A stretch of 64,000 bases of DNA, taken from positions 14,632,001 to 14,696,000 of the forward strand of contig OZ316776.1 in the NCBI GenBank assembly GCA_973851085.1, written 5' to 3'. Of the stretch, positions 1 to 13,968 are shown one piece after another. Origin of the DNA: Ptychomitrium polyphyllum. Taxonomy: Eukaryota. The notes beneath the pieces were generated by a model that had not been told where the DNA came from, ran no database searches, and saw only the letters and a program-made list of their open reading frames with translations. The stretch's first letter is position 1. Every line of letters begins with the position of its first letter. The translations under genes were made by a program, and so were the position numbers.

Positions 1-1890
1 TGATGCGATTGTATGCTGATTGTTTGAGCTGATCGTGTGGCTGATGGGTGAAGAAGGTTGATTCTTGATTGCTAACTGATATAAGATGGCGGTGATGTGT
101 AAATAACCGCAAAGATAGGGTACTCATTGGTCGTTGCTACTGATATTTATGTAATGTACATAAATACTTGATTTCCTGTAACAAGTTAAAATATACATTC
201 ATCTGTAATTTGGCATGGTATAACAAGGCCATGTCATTCAAATCTATTTATATTGCAAATAAAATCAAAGAATAAATTCTTGGACTCCACAAGCATTTTG
301 TTTACCAGTAATGTTATGAAACACTTAAATGTAACAGTTTTGCGCATGTGCCATACACTTTCGGATTACATGATGTAAAGAGAAAGATTGTGTTTGCAAG
401 AACTTGGAGTTTTAGAGAAATATTAGTTATGAAGCTCCAAAGTTTGAGTTACAGCTTACCTGGTAGCGGGGCAAGTGTGAATTTGCTTCGTCATGCATTG
501 TCTCTTGTGATTCCATGAGACAATTTGAAATATCCACATTTATTTTTAATCTTTTTTATATGGGGCACAAGTTAAATAAAAAAATTGGTATTCACATATC
601 TCCACCAATGAGGCAATTACAAATGAAACATTTGAACTGATGTATAATACTAAGTGTGATACCTTTATGCCTATGGTGGATTTTTATGTTTCATTTTGTG
701 AATGACCATTTTGAATCCCTTTTCAATGTTAATAAGTTACTGAGGTATATATGCTTATTCCTGATACTTGGAGTTATTGAACATGTTTATATCTTTGAAC
801 ATCAATTGTTATGTTTGATTATTTTGATTAGTTGACAAGGAATCCCATTATGTTTTGCCATGCATTGTTTGCACATCCTATGAATATCATATTACAAATT
901 TCAAATAAATTTCAAATAAATTTATATAGATAATCGTGGGCATGCTCAATTGATTTACATCATTGTTTTTGTTATGCTTTTCATTTGTAGTATAAATTAA
1001 TTTCTCAGACCATAGATTCATAGATTTCTATTTAATTATATTGAATTCTATTTTTTCCTATAGTATGTTGAATAAACATTCTTCAACTATTCATCTAGCT
1101 TACCTTCATTTTAGACAATAATAAATCAAAACAAATGATAATGTCAACTTGAAGTATGAATGCGTGAAGGAACAACACTAGTTTATTAATTTGACATACA
1201 AATTCTCTTAATTTCCAATAAAACAAGATTTTAACAATGAAATTATATTTTTGAATAATGGTATTGTTCCTTCATTGAAAGATGTTGGAAGAATGTGTTC
1301 AAAACAATCATTAAAAGATGCTAATTTTATATAGATTTGCTTGAATTTTTTTATTTTTTTCATATTCATCGTGTAAACCACATTCTTTGTAATCATGATT
1401 ATTTATTTAATTATATATTTATAATTTATAATTTATAAAACCATATATATAATCCATATTTATATTTTATTTTTAAGAAAACCAAAAACGCTTTTTGTTC
1501 TTTTAAGGTGTTTGAACATATGGATGTAAAAGATACATAAATATAGATGAAGAAAATATTACGACCGTAATCTAGGTGCAATGAAGAATGATTTGTTCCT
1601 AACCTGGCTACTGCTCAAAAATGAAAAAGCGACTCTGACTTTAATGGCCAATGAAGTTGGTCCATCCAATGGTCAGGATCTAGTACTTACAGTTGTACAA
1701 AGCATACCAAGGGCCCACCTTTCTTAAGTTTATTGTAGAGAGAGAACACAGAATGTACTTGTTCAGACACTTTTGTATTACATAGTACAGTTGTTGTGGT
1801 ACTTTGAAGGACAAGACACTGTAACGATCCAGTTGGCGTTACATAGTACATGGTAGAGTATAGTCTACGTACATCAACGAGATCATCCTC

Positions 1891-2631
1891 TTATGATTCA
1901 ACAAAACACATCCTATGAAGTTGTTTGTATAACTGTGTTATCTCTCTTTTGCGAATCGTTTTTGGTTTCGATCTCTGGAAACAAACAAAGAATAACATTC
2001 CATGACAGAGCAAAGCAAAAACACAAGGAACCCAGCTGAAGGTCACAACATACAAGCCTGTGCTTACAATCCACAGTATAAGCTTGTAAGGAAATGTAAG
2101 TAGTTGAGACACATTCTCCACGAACGGTGCCGTACTCCTTACACAAACCAAGTACGTACAACACCTGCCAACCTTGCATCAAACAGTGAACTTCTCATTT
2201 TGGATACGAAAGGAATGAAATACGTATCTCCAGTGCAAGGTAACACCGATCAAACAACTGCCAAGTAGAGCCGATAATTTCTCACTTTTACTTTATGGAC
2301 ACCACTGCCATCGATTCTGTAGCGAACCATTACCCTTCTCAACTCCTCCAACTTTACAACCACCTGCAGTGAAAACAATTTAGTCGAACTGAGGACAAGG
2401 TAAGTACACGAAAATAGGATAAAATGCGGAACTCAAGATGAGAGAAGCTACACACTAGCGGTATTTCTGAAGCATATCCGAAAGGGTGTCGATGACCGAA
2501 GGGGGTAGACGTCGGAATTAACATGCGGTGACGAAGCGGGTCGGAATGTGAGCAGGAAAGTCGTGGAGCAGGGTGAATGCGGGGGCGGTAGACCTGAGGA
2601 AGGCGTGCAGAAGCTCCTTGCAAGTCGCCAT
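1891..2631 (-). other. Candidate small spliced transcript / micropeptide gene (MATCKELLHAFLR...)
   Basis: ATG at 2631-2629; donor cag|GTctac after 2594; acceptor ttttcactgcAG| before 2363; 30-nt exon 2363-2334 ending |GTaatg; acceptors tggcAG| before 2164 and tttgtttgtttccAG| before 1974. It is a GC-richer island in AT-rich DNA. No recognisable domain. Confidence 0.4.
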
Positions 2632-4552
2632 ATAGGCCCGTCAAAGCAGCCGGCAGCGACTCGTGAGCCGTATTCCGAGTTCTTGGACTGTGTCTCCCTT
2701 GTTTCGGTCCTATCTCATCACACTGGTGGCGCAGAACCGCACTTTAATTGTACCTACTACTACAGAATTACTACTACTTTACTTTACTCCTTGATACTGT
2801 ACCAACTTCAAGGTGACTGCCAAAGGGCGAAGCGGCCATGGGCCGGGACTGGGGAGGCAGGTGCCCTGCTGGCGGGGTCCGTACGTGTACACGTACCATC
2901 CGTGCAGTTCGGTCGCCACCGATTCCGTGTCTCTGAATTCCGCCCTGAGTAGAGGATATCAGACATTTAGTTGACTATAATGGCTACATCACAAGGTAAG
3001 CACACCGCCAGAAAGCTGGCTTTCACGTTCTGGAGTAGAATGCACCTGCGAGTCCATTCTCTAGAACTTTAGAATGTGATTTCCCACACGTGGCCTTTAG
3101 CAAGCAGTACATCGTGGCAAGCACTGATTGGTAGGCACTTATCATGACGAATTTTGAACACATTACATGCTACAAGAATCAATTTGTTAGGTCATAACAT
3201 GGGTTTGTGCAAACTTCATCGGTTGCAACCAAGAAGTTTAACATTGTAGATGCTTGCAATTGTGAACAGAAAGGGAAAGGAAGAGCCTTCTTTGACACTA
3301 AATATGGCCATGCTTGTTGCTTATACTAATTGTTACTTAAAGTGGCTATGGTTTAAAGAATTGTGATAAAAACATACTTTTCAATGCACTTGATATGAAC
3401 ACCATTGGTAAATGATGTTCATTTTAGCATACCAACCACATTAGATGTATTCTTTCATTTCTTGGTTATTAATATTAGTATATTTTGAAAATACTATAAT
3501 ATATTATAATCATATTGTCCAAATTACTTAAAATGAACTATAATTCTTCTTTGGAAAACAAGCATATTCGAATTATAGATTAGCTTTATAAAATGTATTT
3601 TTGAAGATATTAATTAATATTATATTTAGAATCATCATATATAAAATTAAATGTTAAATGTTTGATAATTGGAATAAGATAAAATGTTAATTTTTGAAGC
3701 AAGAGGTTTTCTATGTAATATTGAATACTATCTCTTTATTAAATTCAGATCTTAATGATTGGCTCATTAGAACAAATGATGTTGATGTTTTTGTAGTATC
3801 CATCTTGTTATAATTTATATAGATGAATTTAGGCTTATTGTCAATAAAATTTGAATTCCAATTGTAATAGAATTTTTTTTAAATGTCCTTTAATAATTAA
3901 AATGACCTTACTTGTTTTTATTGAATTCAACTCACTTATCAAAATGTGAAATATTTCAGCAAAGAATTTCTATGTTCCCTTAAAGAAGTTGTTTTTTGCT
4001 TACCTCATCTCCACATTTTCAAATGTACGTTTTTTCATTTAATTAACTACAATTTGACATTTAAACACAAAATTCATTATAATGGGATTAACAATAATTT
4101 CGAAATAATAATAACCTGCACTCATTTAAATCAAGCTAAATTACACATTTCATAAATCATTTAAGTACAAATTTAATGGCTTTTGGCTATTGTGGTTAAT
4201 ACATTGGCAAAAAACTTGCTATGTAACTTCAAAAATATGACAATTAATTTTGACAAATTTAACTTCTTTTAAATCTATTTCATCTTTGAAATTATTTTGG
4301 AACTTTAAAATTGTCCATTTTGATGAATATGATGTTTATAGTCTTTAAATGCATTTTTTTATTCAACTTGAATTATTTTTTTTAACTTAGAAAAGCATCA
4401 ATAAAACAATGATTTATAATTTCAAATAACAACAAAGTAGATTGCAATAAAAATTATTAGAAAGTTCCTATTGGTGGACAGTCAATTATATTTGAAAATA
4501 TATTATGCATAAAAAAATAAATTTATAGCATTGTTTTAATATCCAAATGATT

Positions 4553-4616
4553 ATTATTTAATAAATAAATAATAAAAGTAAATTATTTAATAAATAAATA
4601 ATAAGAGTAAATTATT
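4553..4616. repeat. 29-nt AT-rich tandem duplication
   Basis: attatttaataaataaataataa(a/g)agtaa occurs twice, followed by a partial third copy. Confidence 0.8.
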
Positions 4617-7600
4617 CATATTCCTCTCATAATAAAGCTTATATTGATTGGACAATTTTTTAATGTTATACTTAGTTATTGTTTATATAGATGTTTAGGC
4701 TTAAATTGTACGGCCGTAAGGATAAAACACCTTGTAATTATTTTGCAATGGGATTAAGAGTCCTTTTAAAGCATTTTCTTTGTAAATATGATATATAGGC
4801 TTTAATAGCTTTAAAATTGTATATAACACATTTATACAAATTTTAATATTTGCAAGGATGATTAATTTCATCCTCTTCAAAATGACAAAATATAGTTGAC
4901 CTTACATTGAACATACATTGTTTTAACAATAATAAAAAGTAAAAGAATCAATTTTGATGCTAGAATTATATAACATTGGTTTATTTTAGTTCCTTACAGT
5001 ACTTCTAAATGTAGCAATTTATAGAGTTATTTTTTTAACATCTTGCACGTCAATTTTCTACTTGAACCTTGCTTTTAGCAACTTCAATAATGTGAAGTAT
5101 TTTACAATATATGAATAGGTAAGGATTCCTTGGAATACTTTTAAAATTGTCTTTATGAAAAAAATTCCCTTTAAATAAAAAAGATGATTTTTTATAATAA
5201 TATCCCTCTTTTGAATGTAGTATGTATCAAATACCACCACATATCAATCATTTGATGTTCATCATCACTATCTTTTGAGACATACAAACTTCTATATAAA
5301 AATTTACATGTACATTGTTATAACTATCAAAGTTATCACTCACTGGTAAAATAGTTGCATTATTTTTTTTATATCACCTTTAAGTTTCTATAAGAATGCA
5401 TTAGTAGACTACTAAAACAAGCAGTCTTTTTAAGTAGGCCAATTGGCTATGTTAATGCAAATTTTCTATTTTCACTAGTCAAATTTAAATGCACTTTAAA
5501 GAATAAAAAATCACTAATGGCAACCATTGTCTTCCTTGTTGAAATCTTATAAAATGCTTCATAATCTTCAAAGCAAGAATTTAAAAAAAAACAAAAAAAA
5601 ACAAAAAAAAACTTTACAACATGCATAAAGTTATTGGAAAACAAGTAGCCATGCCTAACTTTTTTACATAAACGAGTCTTAATGACTTCAACTACAATTC
5701 ATTCATCACAAACAATGAATGCAACTTTCATTTGTATTATTTATGTAAGAGTTATTGCAATTTTTTTAATTCATCTTATACCAATGATAGTCCGCTAACA
5801 ATAATGGATTCTTCAACATTAAAGTTGATACAAACTTTCTTCCAAGAAAGTAATTGCCTTATAGTTTATCAAACAATAGTAAATTTTTCCTTTGCAAATG
5901 GAGTGTAACAATGTATAATTTGCTTGTGTTTTGGCAAGTGTCTTAGACTACTATTCAACCAAGGTTAATTGATTCCATAGAAAAGATTTTGATAAAGACC
6001 ATTTAATCAACATATTATTTTTCAAAGTGAATGAAAGCAACTTATGAACCTCATCTCACTAGCCATCTTTTAAAACTTCATTCTTTAAAAAGTTGTTGAT
6101 GGCTTCCATTGTAGAGGATGGAAATGGCCATCTCTACAAGAAGAGGCTACATAGGGGGCCTACCAATGACAAGTAAAGATAATAGATGGACAAAAAGAAG
6201 ATTAAAAGTGCACCAATAATAAAGGTGGAAAACTTGGCTATTCCCTAATGGATAGAAATAATTTGATAAATGGATGAAGTGCCTACCAATGGATCAAACA
6301 TTTTGTCATTGGAGTAAATTATGTTTGCCAACACTAGGAAAATACTCCAAAACTAAGCTGTATATGACACTTTTGAACGATGGAGGTGGCCAAATATTTA
6401 AGGGCAAAAAAAATTTATGACACTGAGGAGAACTCTCTATTTTTGAAATCTGAAATTTCTAATTTGTGAAGCCTGAATTAATTAGCACGAACATTAGCAA
6501 ATTTGCAACGAATAGGGAAGCTTGAAGAATAAATGATGGGGTTCGACGCATCTGCAAGGAAGGAGCATTTGCCGATAATGGATGCATTACAGTACGGATT
6601 TGGTTTCTTGTGTACAGTACAGCGGGGTACTGAAAGGAACTTCGGTGTAATAATAGAAATTGTAGAACCATGCCACCGACGCGGCATCGCCAGGAACGGA
6701 GAACAAAGATGGACTCGCCAAAGTGGAATTACAGCCGCTTTCTTTTGTTCCACTAAAAGCAATATCCCTACGTTGTAGCAGAAGCGAATCGGAATAAATA
6801 TATCACGCAGAAGCTGCTTGCGGAGACCGAGGTGGTCCAAACTCCATGTCATGAAGCAGAGTGAGTCACCAGTTTCCGCTTCAAGGGTCCAACTCCATCA
6901 TGGAAGTGTGTAGTGAATCATTTCCTACTACAGTTGGCCTAGTAGGCTAGAAGGATGCCAGTGATCCCTACGCATTAGGCAGTGGTACCATTCTTTGGTT
7001 CTTTTTGTTTGCTAACTTAGGGATATGAAACGAAGGATCCCGGGCCCGCTGGGTTCAATTTTGGCCCACAATTGTACCTTTGATGTACTTTCAGAAGTAC
7101 CTCCAGGAGTACCTTCTCTACATCTCTCGCCTCCTTGTCCCTTTTCTTTTTCTTAAGAAAAGAACTAAAGTATTTCAGTTGCAACATGGGGGCAAATTTC
7201 AAACACAAGGACTTTCTCGCCTCTTTACATTTCCTTTTCACATTCACTGTGGTTACGGTGCTTTCTTTTCGGTCACGACTCTACCCTAGATTCCCTAGTT
7301 TGAGTTGGAGTTCACCACAGGTTTTGCCACACCTAACAGGCTAACACGACCAGCCTGCTCATGACAAATCCGTGGGAATACATTCTTATGATGATTATTA
7401 TGGTGTTTCTGGTTTTCTAACTATTGCAATGAAATTGTGTGTTTAATATCAAACCAGTTCTATGATGTCAGACTAATCCAACAAGTCAGCGCAAACAAGG
7501 ATGATTTATCAAACTCTGGGCCTTCTCTTCCAGGTGATGGAAGAGATCTTTTCTCGTGGACAGCTCTTGGGTCACCATCCCAAGAGTACCCCATAAACAG

Positions 7601-9294
7601 TTAATAAAACAGTTGATAAAAGAAGGTTTTTTCATTATAATTATTGCCATACAGGTAACTAATTCATTTATTTCTTTCATGAGCGATTTTATACCTTCTA
7701 ATATTGTATAAAATGGCCCTAATTGCAAAATTTCTCTTCAAGCAAAACCAAAGCAAAACTACATTAAGAATGGTATTTGTTATCACCAATTCTAAACATC
7801 TTGTTATGGTATTACAAGTAAATTTCTAAACAAATGTCACCAATATAAGTTTTGAAAAAGTTTTTGATCAAAAACAATAAGACAATATAATTATAACTTG
7901 TATTATAACCAAGGTGATTCAAAATGACATTGAACGCCACATGCTACCAAAATATCAAATTTAATACAATATTTGCTACATTGTAGGACTAACTATGGTC
8001 ATTATTTTGGAAATTTCATTATCCATTTTACTCCTTCCACCAAAGTTTCAAATCTTTGACCTGAAAGCATACAATGTACTATTATGTATGACAATTCATT
8101 TTAGCATCTAAACTTAAAACAAGAAAAATGTTAAAAATTAGCGAATGAGAAAAAAGACTTAAGGGATTTTTCAAAGAACCACTTTGATTGAAATAATCAA
8201 CATTAAGCTTATAAATTTAAATTTGAATCGCTTAGAAATTTCATATAATTACAAGTTATTGATGGAATCATCCTTACAATTAATTTTTATATTTAAAAAT
8301 GCTCTTGCTATGTCATATATGGTTGAAAATTAAACAAGCCGTTAAATATATTTTCTATTTAACATAAATATAGCATATGTAAGCATATAGTTATGACTTA
8401 TCTCAATTGTCCTTAACACAAAACAATGATTTAATGCTTAAAGAATCAATAACATTTTAAGTATAAAAGTAAAATTGTTTTAAAGAATTATAAGTGTAAA
8501 TAAAAATGAAATATGAAAACCTTAATTATACGATCTTATAGTACATTTAACCACAACTTTTTATTATTATATTGTACTACAAAACATATAAAAAAGTTGT
8601 TCCAAATTTGGCAATTTGAATTTTGAATTCAACAACTTTGTATTAGAGCCATTGCAATTAAAAAAAAAATTGAATTAAAAATTACAACATCATCTTAAAA
8701 AACATTTATGAAAAAAAATTCAATGAAAAACGTTAATGTGTTCAAAAATGGTCGTACAGTGTAAAAAAATGAAAACAAATTATAAAATAAATGGTGTTTG
8801 AAATCAAATTCTTTTAAATTTGGCAAAATCTTTAAAACATCTTAAATTGAAGAAGTTAGACTTCATTTGGAATCCAAGCTAACAATCATTTATTAAAATT
8901 AGGTATCATATTAAAAGGAGGTACTACAGTTCAAAGTTTTAAACATCGAGAATGCAAAGAATAACAGTCACGCTTCAAGGATTTACAAACACATATTTTT
9001 GTAAAATTATGTAAAAGTTATATTATTGAAAATTGGCAATTGGCTTCATGGTTTCTAAATGTAGGATTAAAGTTCATAATAAATCTGTTGCAATGTTATG
9101 TATTGTTTTGTAAGTACCAAAGTTTTATTCCTTTAATACAATATACTTACCATGCACATCCATATAATATCCTCAATGGCCTGTTGCATCTAAAATATAA
9201 TTCATTATACTTTTGTTTAATAGCTTTTTCATTGTGACTTATAAATTACATCATTATTTTTCTTAAATCAATTTAAACCACTTTGTTTGCATTT

Positions 9295-9480
9295 TACACA
9301 ACATTTATGAAAATGTCACATGGTATATGAAAATTTCATAAAAGATATTTTTACAAATAAGACCAACTTAAAAAACATTTTATATAAAAAATCCAAAAAT
9401 ATATAGATGACTTATTCATTAAAAAAATAATAATAAATATCATGTACAAATGTGACGTTTTTATAAATATAATATCAATT
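9295..9480 (+). repeat. Dispersed AT-rich repeat, copy 1 (homologous to about 39105-39290)
   Basis: Colinear shared words with the 39.1-kb copy: tgaaaatgt(c/t)acatgg(t/c)atat, aataagaccaactt, ttcattaaaa, tacaaat(g/t)tgac. Confidence 0.7.
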
Positions 9481-10699
9481 AAAAATAGCAATTCATTTTG
9501 TAAGAAGCATCTTAAAGTCTTCAGCTAATAGCAATATTGGCATATCATAACAAATTCTTTTCTAGCATTTTTGAAAACCAATTCAAAATTTCCATATCAA
9601 AAGAGCAAAATTTGAAAGATGGAAGTAGAATCTAATGGATTTTTATAATAAGAGAAATATTCCTTATAGTATTTTAATACCAATATAGCAAATTATTTTA
9701 TTAGTATCTTTTAAATCCTTAATTGTTATTGAAAAAATCATATTTAAAATAAAAATATTTATTATAATATCTTTAATTATATAACTAGATTTGCTAAGCA
9801 TTTTGAAAGATAGATAAAGTCTAATTAACACCGCAAGCATATAATGCAGTTTTGAAAGCAAAGTTTTAAGCTATTGAATTGTAATAGTTCTAGAGAAAAA
9901 ATTAGTTCTATGGAATGTATCCCTTTGAAGTATGGAATCCAAAATACACTATATTCTTAATATTATTTGTAAGACCTGAGCACATGAAAAAAATCTATAG
10001 AAAATGTGTATACATATACATAAAATAAATAAACTTGATGTTTAATGAGTTTTTATTACAATTAATATGTCCTATGCCATATGCTCATTTATAATAGCTG
10101 ATTTTCAATGCAATTTTTTTGAGAAGTTCTTAAAATATAAAACATTTTTGAAATAATTTAAAATTTAAGGACTTCCACACTAATTGTGAAACCATTAATA
10201 TTTGTTGTTCTTATTGAGAGTTTTCTTGGTGCACCTAAAATACCATTGCCAAAGTCTTGTTTTGAAAAATCTAATGTATTGTCACAAACCAATATAAAAA
10301 CTATCTTGTTTAAAAGGAATTTTACAAAAATGGCCATGGAATCTTTTCTAGAGCGCAAAAGCTTTAAAATCATGAAGATTCAAAGAAAGGTAATGAAGAC
10401 GGAAATAAAAGTGATACATTCAAAAAATTTGATTTTTGGAATTAAAAAAAGGACTTTATAAGGTGGCGTGGTTTTTAAATTATTTGGCTAATTCCTTGTT
10501 ATTTAGCTTCAAAGAAAGTATTCCTTAGCTCTTTTATAATACTTTAGAATAATATTAATGGCAACTTAGAAGTCTTATGTAGAATCAAGAATTTAAAGTT
10601 TGATGCTAGTTGGAATAAAATTGCAAGGAATTGGTAGGAAAATCAATGCTACAAAGGCCCACATTATCTACAATCTTCTATGAACTTCTAAAACCTTCT

Positions 10700-10890
10700 A
10701 ATAGTTCATTAAGACCATCAATAGAAGGTTCTATTGGACATTTATTTTATGGTATAAACAAGAAGTAAGACAAGGTGCACTTAAATCTTGCCAAATATAA
10801 ATCGTGCAACAATTCAATGAATTGCCTTGTTTCTAGTCATATAACCATTTTTAATATCAAAGCTAATTCTTTGGTTTTTCTTTGCATAAG
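10700..10890 (+). mobile_element. Degenerate LTR fragment, same family as the 61357-61849 LTR, opposite orientation
   Basis: 10751-10808 ggtataaacaagaagtaagacaaggtgcacttaaatcttgccaaatataaatcgtg aligns to the reverse complement of the 61.5-kb LTR core (ggtatgaataagaggcaagacaagttatactttaatcttaccaacacaagttgtg). Boundaries are approximate. Confidence 0.65.
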
Positions 10891-12254
10891 AATATATTTT
10901 TTAATTTTTAATTCATTGCCTTTTCATCCATGGCAACTTAGAGAAATAAGAAAGCCACCATGAGGTTGAAGACTTTAGTAATAGCAATTGTCAAAGGCCC
11001 CATGTGAAGTTAAATTTGTTCTTTGCTTAGAAAAATCATACTTCAACTAAATGGATTGTTGAGGATTAGACTTAAAATCTTTAAAATAAGTCTAGAGGAT
11101 TCAAATGCAATGTTTGTAGAGCTAAATGCATGCTAGTTGTGCAAACTTATAAAAGAGAGGTATATATGGAAGTTAAAGGTGACAAACCGACCTAAGAAGC
11201 AAGCGTAGAATTTTAAATGGTGCAGGTGATATTAAAACTAGGTGCAATAGAAGGAGGTGTGGGTGGAGACGGGATATTGGAGGGTGGAATTGCAAGGTGT
11301 GCACTACAAAGTGGAAGAGGAGGACATCTACGGCAATTTTATTTACTGCAACTTCTCCTTTAATACATGTAGACGCGAACATCTAATTTATTTTTTATTC
11401 TTCTTCAAAGTCCATTTGATTTGCCCAACCCAACAATTATTATTAGTACTGTTATTTTATTTCCAGAAAACTGCCCGATTATTTTGACCTGCCCAATTTA
11501 CAATTTACAGATCACCCTGCGAATCCGAAGTCCACCAACAGAAGATTGGCAGATGAAAAGATTTTCCAACCGAGACCCAAGCAACTTACCATTCCCTTCA
11601 AGAGGAACAGGACGGTGGAAAGAAAGGTCACAGAAAGAGTGCGCTGCCCCTCTTCCCCGGGGCTGAGGAATTCACCTTAGGGAATCCACCTTAGGGCTGC
11701 GGAATTCACCTTTTCCGCGGTGGAGCGAGAGAAAGAAGGAGATGCGGAAGCGGTACGGGGTTGGTTAGGTGAGAGAACGGAGACGTACGGAAAGCCCCTA
11801 CGGAAGCTCCTTGTCGTCAGCTGGCACTTCTCTGGGGCGGGGCCCTCCCCTGCTCCCCCGAAACCTCGAACTCCAAGTCCTAGAGTCCCAGAGTCTCTCA
11901 CTCTTTCACCCTCTCTTTGCGCATCATTTCATCATCGCCATCCTTTAGTCTCTCTCACTTGCAAAACCAAAGCCTTCAGGTGTAATCTTACTTGGGCCCT
12001 TTCTAAAGAGTCACCTTGGGGATGGTGGGGTGAGGTGAAGTGGGGGACGACTGTCAAAGCCGTAAGTTTTGTCGTCTCCGTTGGAGCTTCCCTGAGTCAG
12101 AGCTAGTATTATTTGGGTGTGAGTCGGAGGGTGAGGGTGAGGGTGAGGGTGCATGTGCATGTGCATGTGGGTTGGTTGAAGCTGGGTTTGTGATTGGTAC
12201 ACGGTGTGGAGGTGTTGAGGTTTGGTGGAGTTTGCTGCTGTTTGGGAGAGTGGG

Positions 12255-13968
12255 ATGGAGGTGGCACGGACAGTGGTGGTGGGGGAGGCAGGGGAGGGGG
12301 CGAGCACCGAGACGAGCGTGGTGCTGCAGTGTACGTCGGTAGGGGAGGTGGAGGACGGGGAGGAAGTGGTGCGGGGGGATCCGGTGAGAGGAGGAGAGAT
12401 GTATGCAGCGCCTGTTGGGGAGTTGACGGTGGCGTTGCAGGCTTGCTCCAAGATGACCAGGCGAGTGATGAACGAGGAGGAGGTTGGCGATGTAGTGAGT
12501 GAGAGCGAGGGCGTGTCGTGCGGTGGCCGGATCGACTTTGCGAACGAGAGTGGTGAGTTTTCGGTCTTCTCCTCTCATGTCTTGTATGTGTTCGTTGCAC
12601 ACCTTAGCTTTGTTGTCTTTGACTTGGGTTGCCTATGGCGATGTGGTCGGTATGCTTTCTTTGGATGTTGTAATCAAAGAGAGGGGCGGTGGATTAGTAA
12701 CTCTAAGGCCATGGATTGCTCAAACGAGGCTTTTGCATGTGCATTTTTCCGATGCGGTTCTTTTTTTGTGGGTTATAAGTAGTTTAGTTTTGTTGAAGAA
12801 GGTCGCTTTCACAGGGTCAGTTTACACTTCGTGGTGTTGGGGGTGTACATTATGTTGACGTAGATGCTGTGTCTGTGCAGCTTATTGGAGTTGTCGTGTA
12901 CGGACGAGGCGATGTAGGGCACTTAAAAGCTTTTCTGACGATGGTGAAGCTTTCATGGTAAGTTTTGGGTTTCCTGAAATGCTAAGTGTATGTGGTCTCT
13001 GAGATGTATGTCCTGATGTCAATTGTGTTGCTCGTTTCATATCGATAGTTTTCCTTTCATCCTTTAGTATCTTAATTGTCTGCCAGGCTCTTGTAGACAT
13101 ATTGTTTGTGTCTACCGGTCTCTAACCTTTGTCGGAATTGAGATTTACTTACACATTTTGTCATGCAGGTTAACACGGCTGCCATAAAAAGGAAGCACGA
13201 CGAGATGAAGGATTGTGGTCCTGTTTCCAAGAGTGTGGTCTACGAGGACACTGATAGTGACGGTTCAGCTACATCATCCAACTCAGACGCCAGTGATAGT
13301 GAGTACGAGTATTGGAACAGGAGGGCAACCAGCAGCAAGAGGAGGGGTGGAGAAGAAATGTACGGAAGAATTCCAAGGTCCGACGAATCTCTGCACCTGA
13401 GATCACAACAAGAAATAGTGGACTTTGACAATGAGTTAAAGGAGATGCAACAGTTGATGGAATTGCAGTCACAGGTAATAGCTCTTATTAACTTCCTCTC
13501 TGCTGCAATTTTAACCTTACTGTGTCGCTCAGTATAGGCATTTGTAGAGAATACAGTCATGTGTGTGTTGCTGTTATTAAAATGATGATGCATCTTTCGA
13601 TGGCTGATATACTTCAAATTGTTTTTTCTGGAATGCTAGCAAGGTTAATATTTGTGTTTGCGGCAGTGATCCATGCGCATCTGCTTTCCTGTGTTGACTG
13701 TGTTCCTCTTTGAATTTGGGCTCAGGCTTCGGAGAAGAGAGAAGCGGATATGAAGCAGCGTATGGAGGCCATGATGGACTTGATGTACAAGCATGTGGGG
13801 CATGTAGAGAAGCGTGCATGCAAACTCGACGTGGGGACGCCGCCGCAAGATCAGATTCTCGAGCGAATCAACCTTAAGTTAGAGAAAGTTATGGAAGGGT
13901 TCACAATTCTAAATGAGAACCTATCAATTCTGTCTGCTTGCTTATCCAGGGGCTTGGATTCTCAATGA
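12255..13968 (+). CDS. Hypothetical protein, about 307 aa, 4 exons (12255-12552, 12881-12957, 13169-13474, 13726-13968); acidic/Ser-rich middle, predicted coiled-coil C-terminus
   Basis: All junctions are GT-AG (g|gtgagt, cag|ctta, atg|gtaag, cag|gtta, cag|gtaat, cag|gctt) and the phases join into one 924-nt frame linking the ORFs at 12222, 13163 and 13750. Contains KRKH and SSKRR basic motifs and heptad-like ELKEMQQLMELQSQASEKREADMKQRMEAMMDLM. The start codon is uncertain. Confidence 0.7.

Noticed and set aside
7385..7520. Possible box C/D snoRNA (ATGATGA at about 7388)
   Set aside because: No suitably placed CTGA D box or terminal stem.
10186..10461. ORF with PKIPLPK, reminiscent of gypsy gag
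   Set aside because: The similarity is too short to support a call.
12011..12602. Pro/His/Thr-rich minus-strand ORFs (146-182 aa)
   Set aside because: Antisense shadows of the G-rich first exon of the plus-strand spliced gene.
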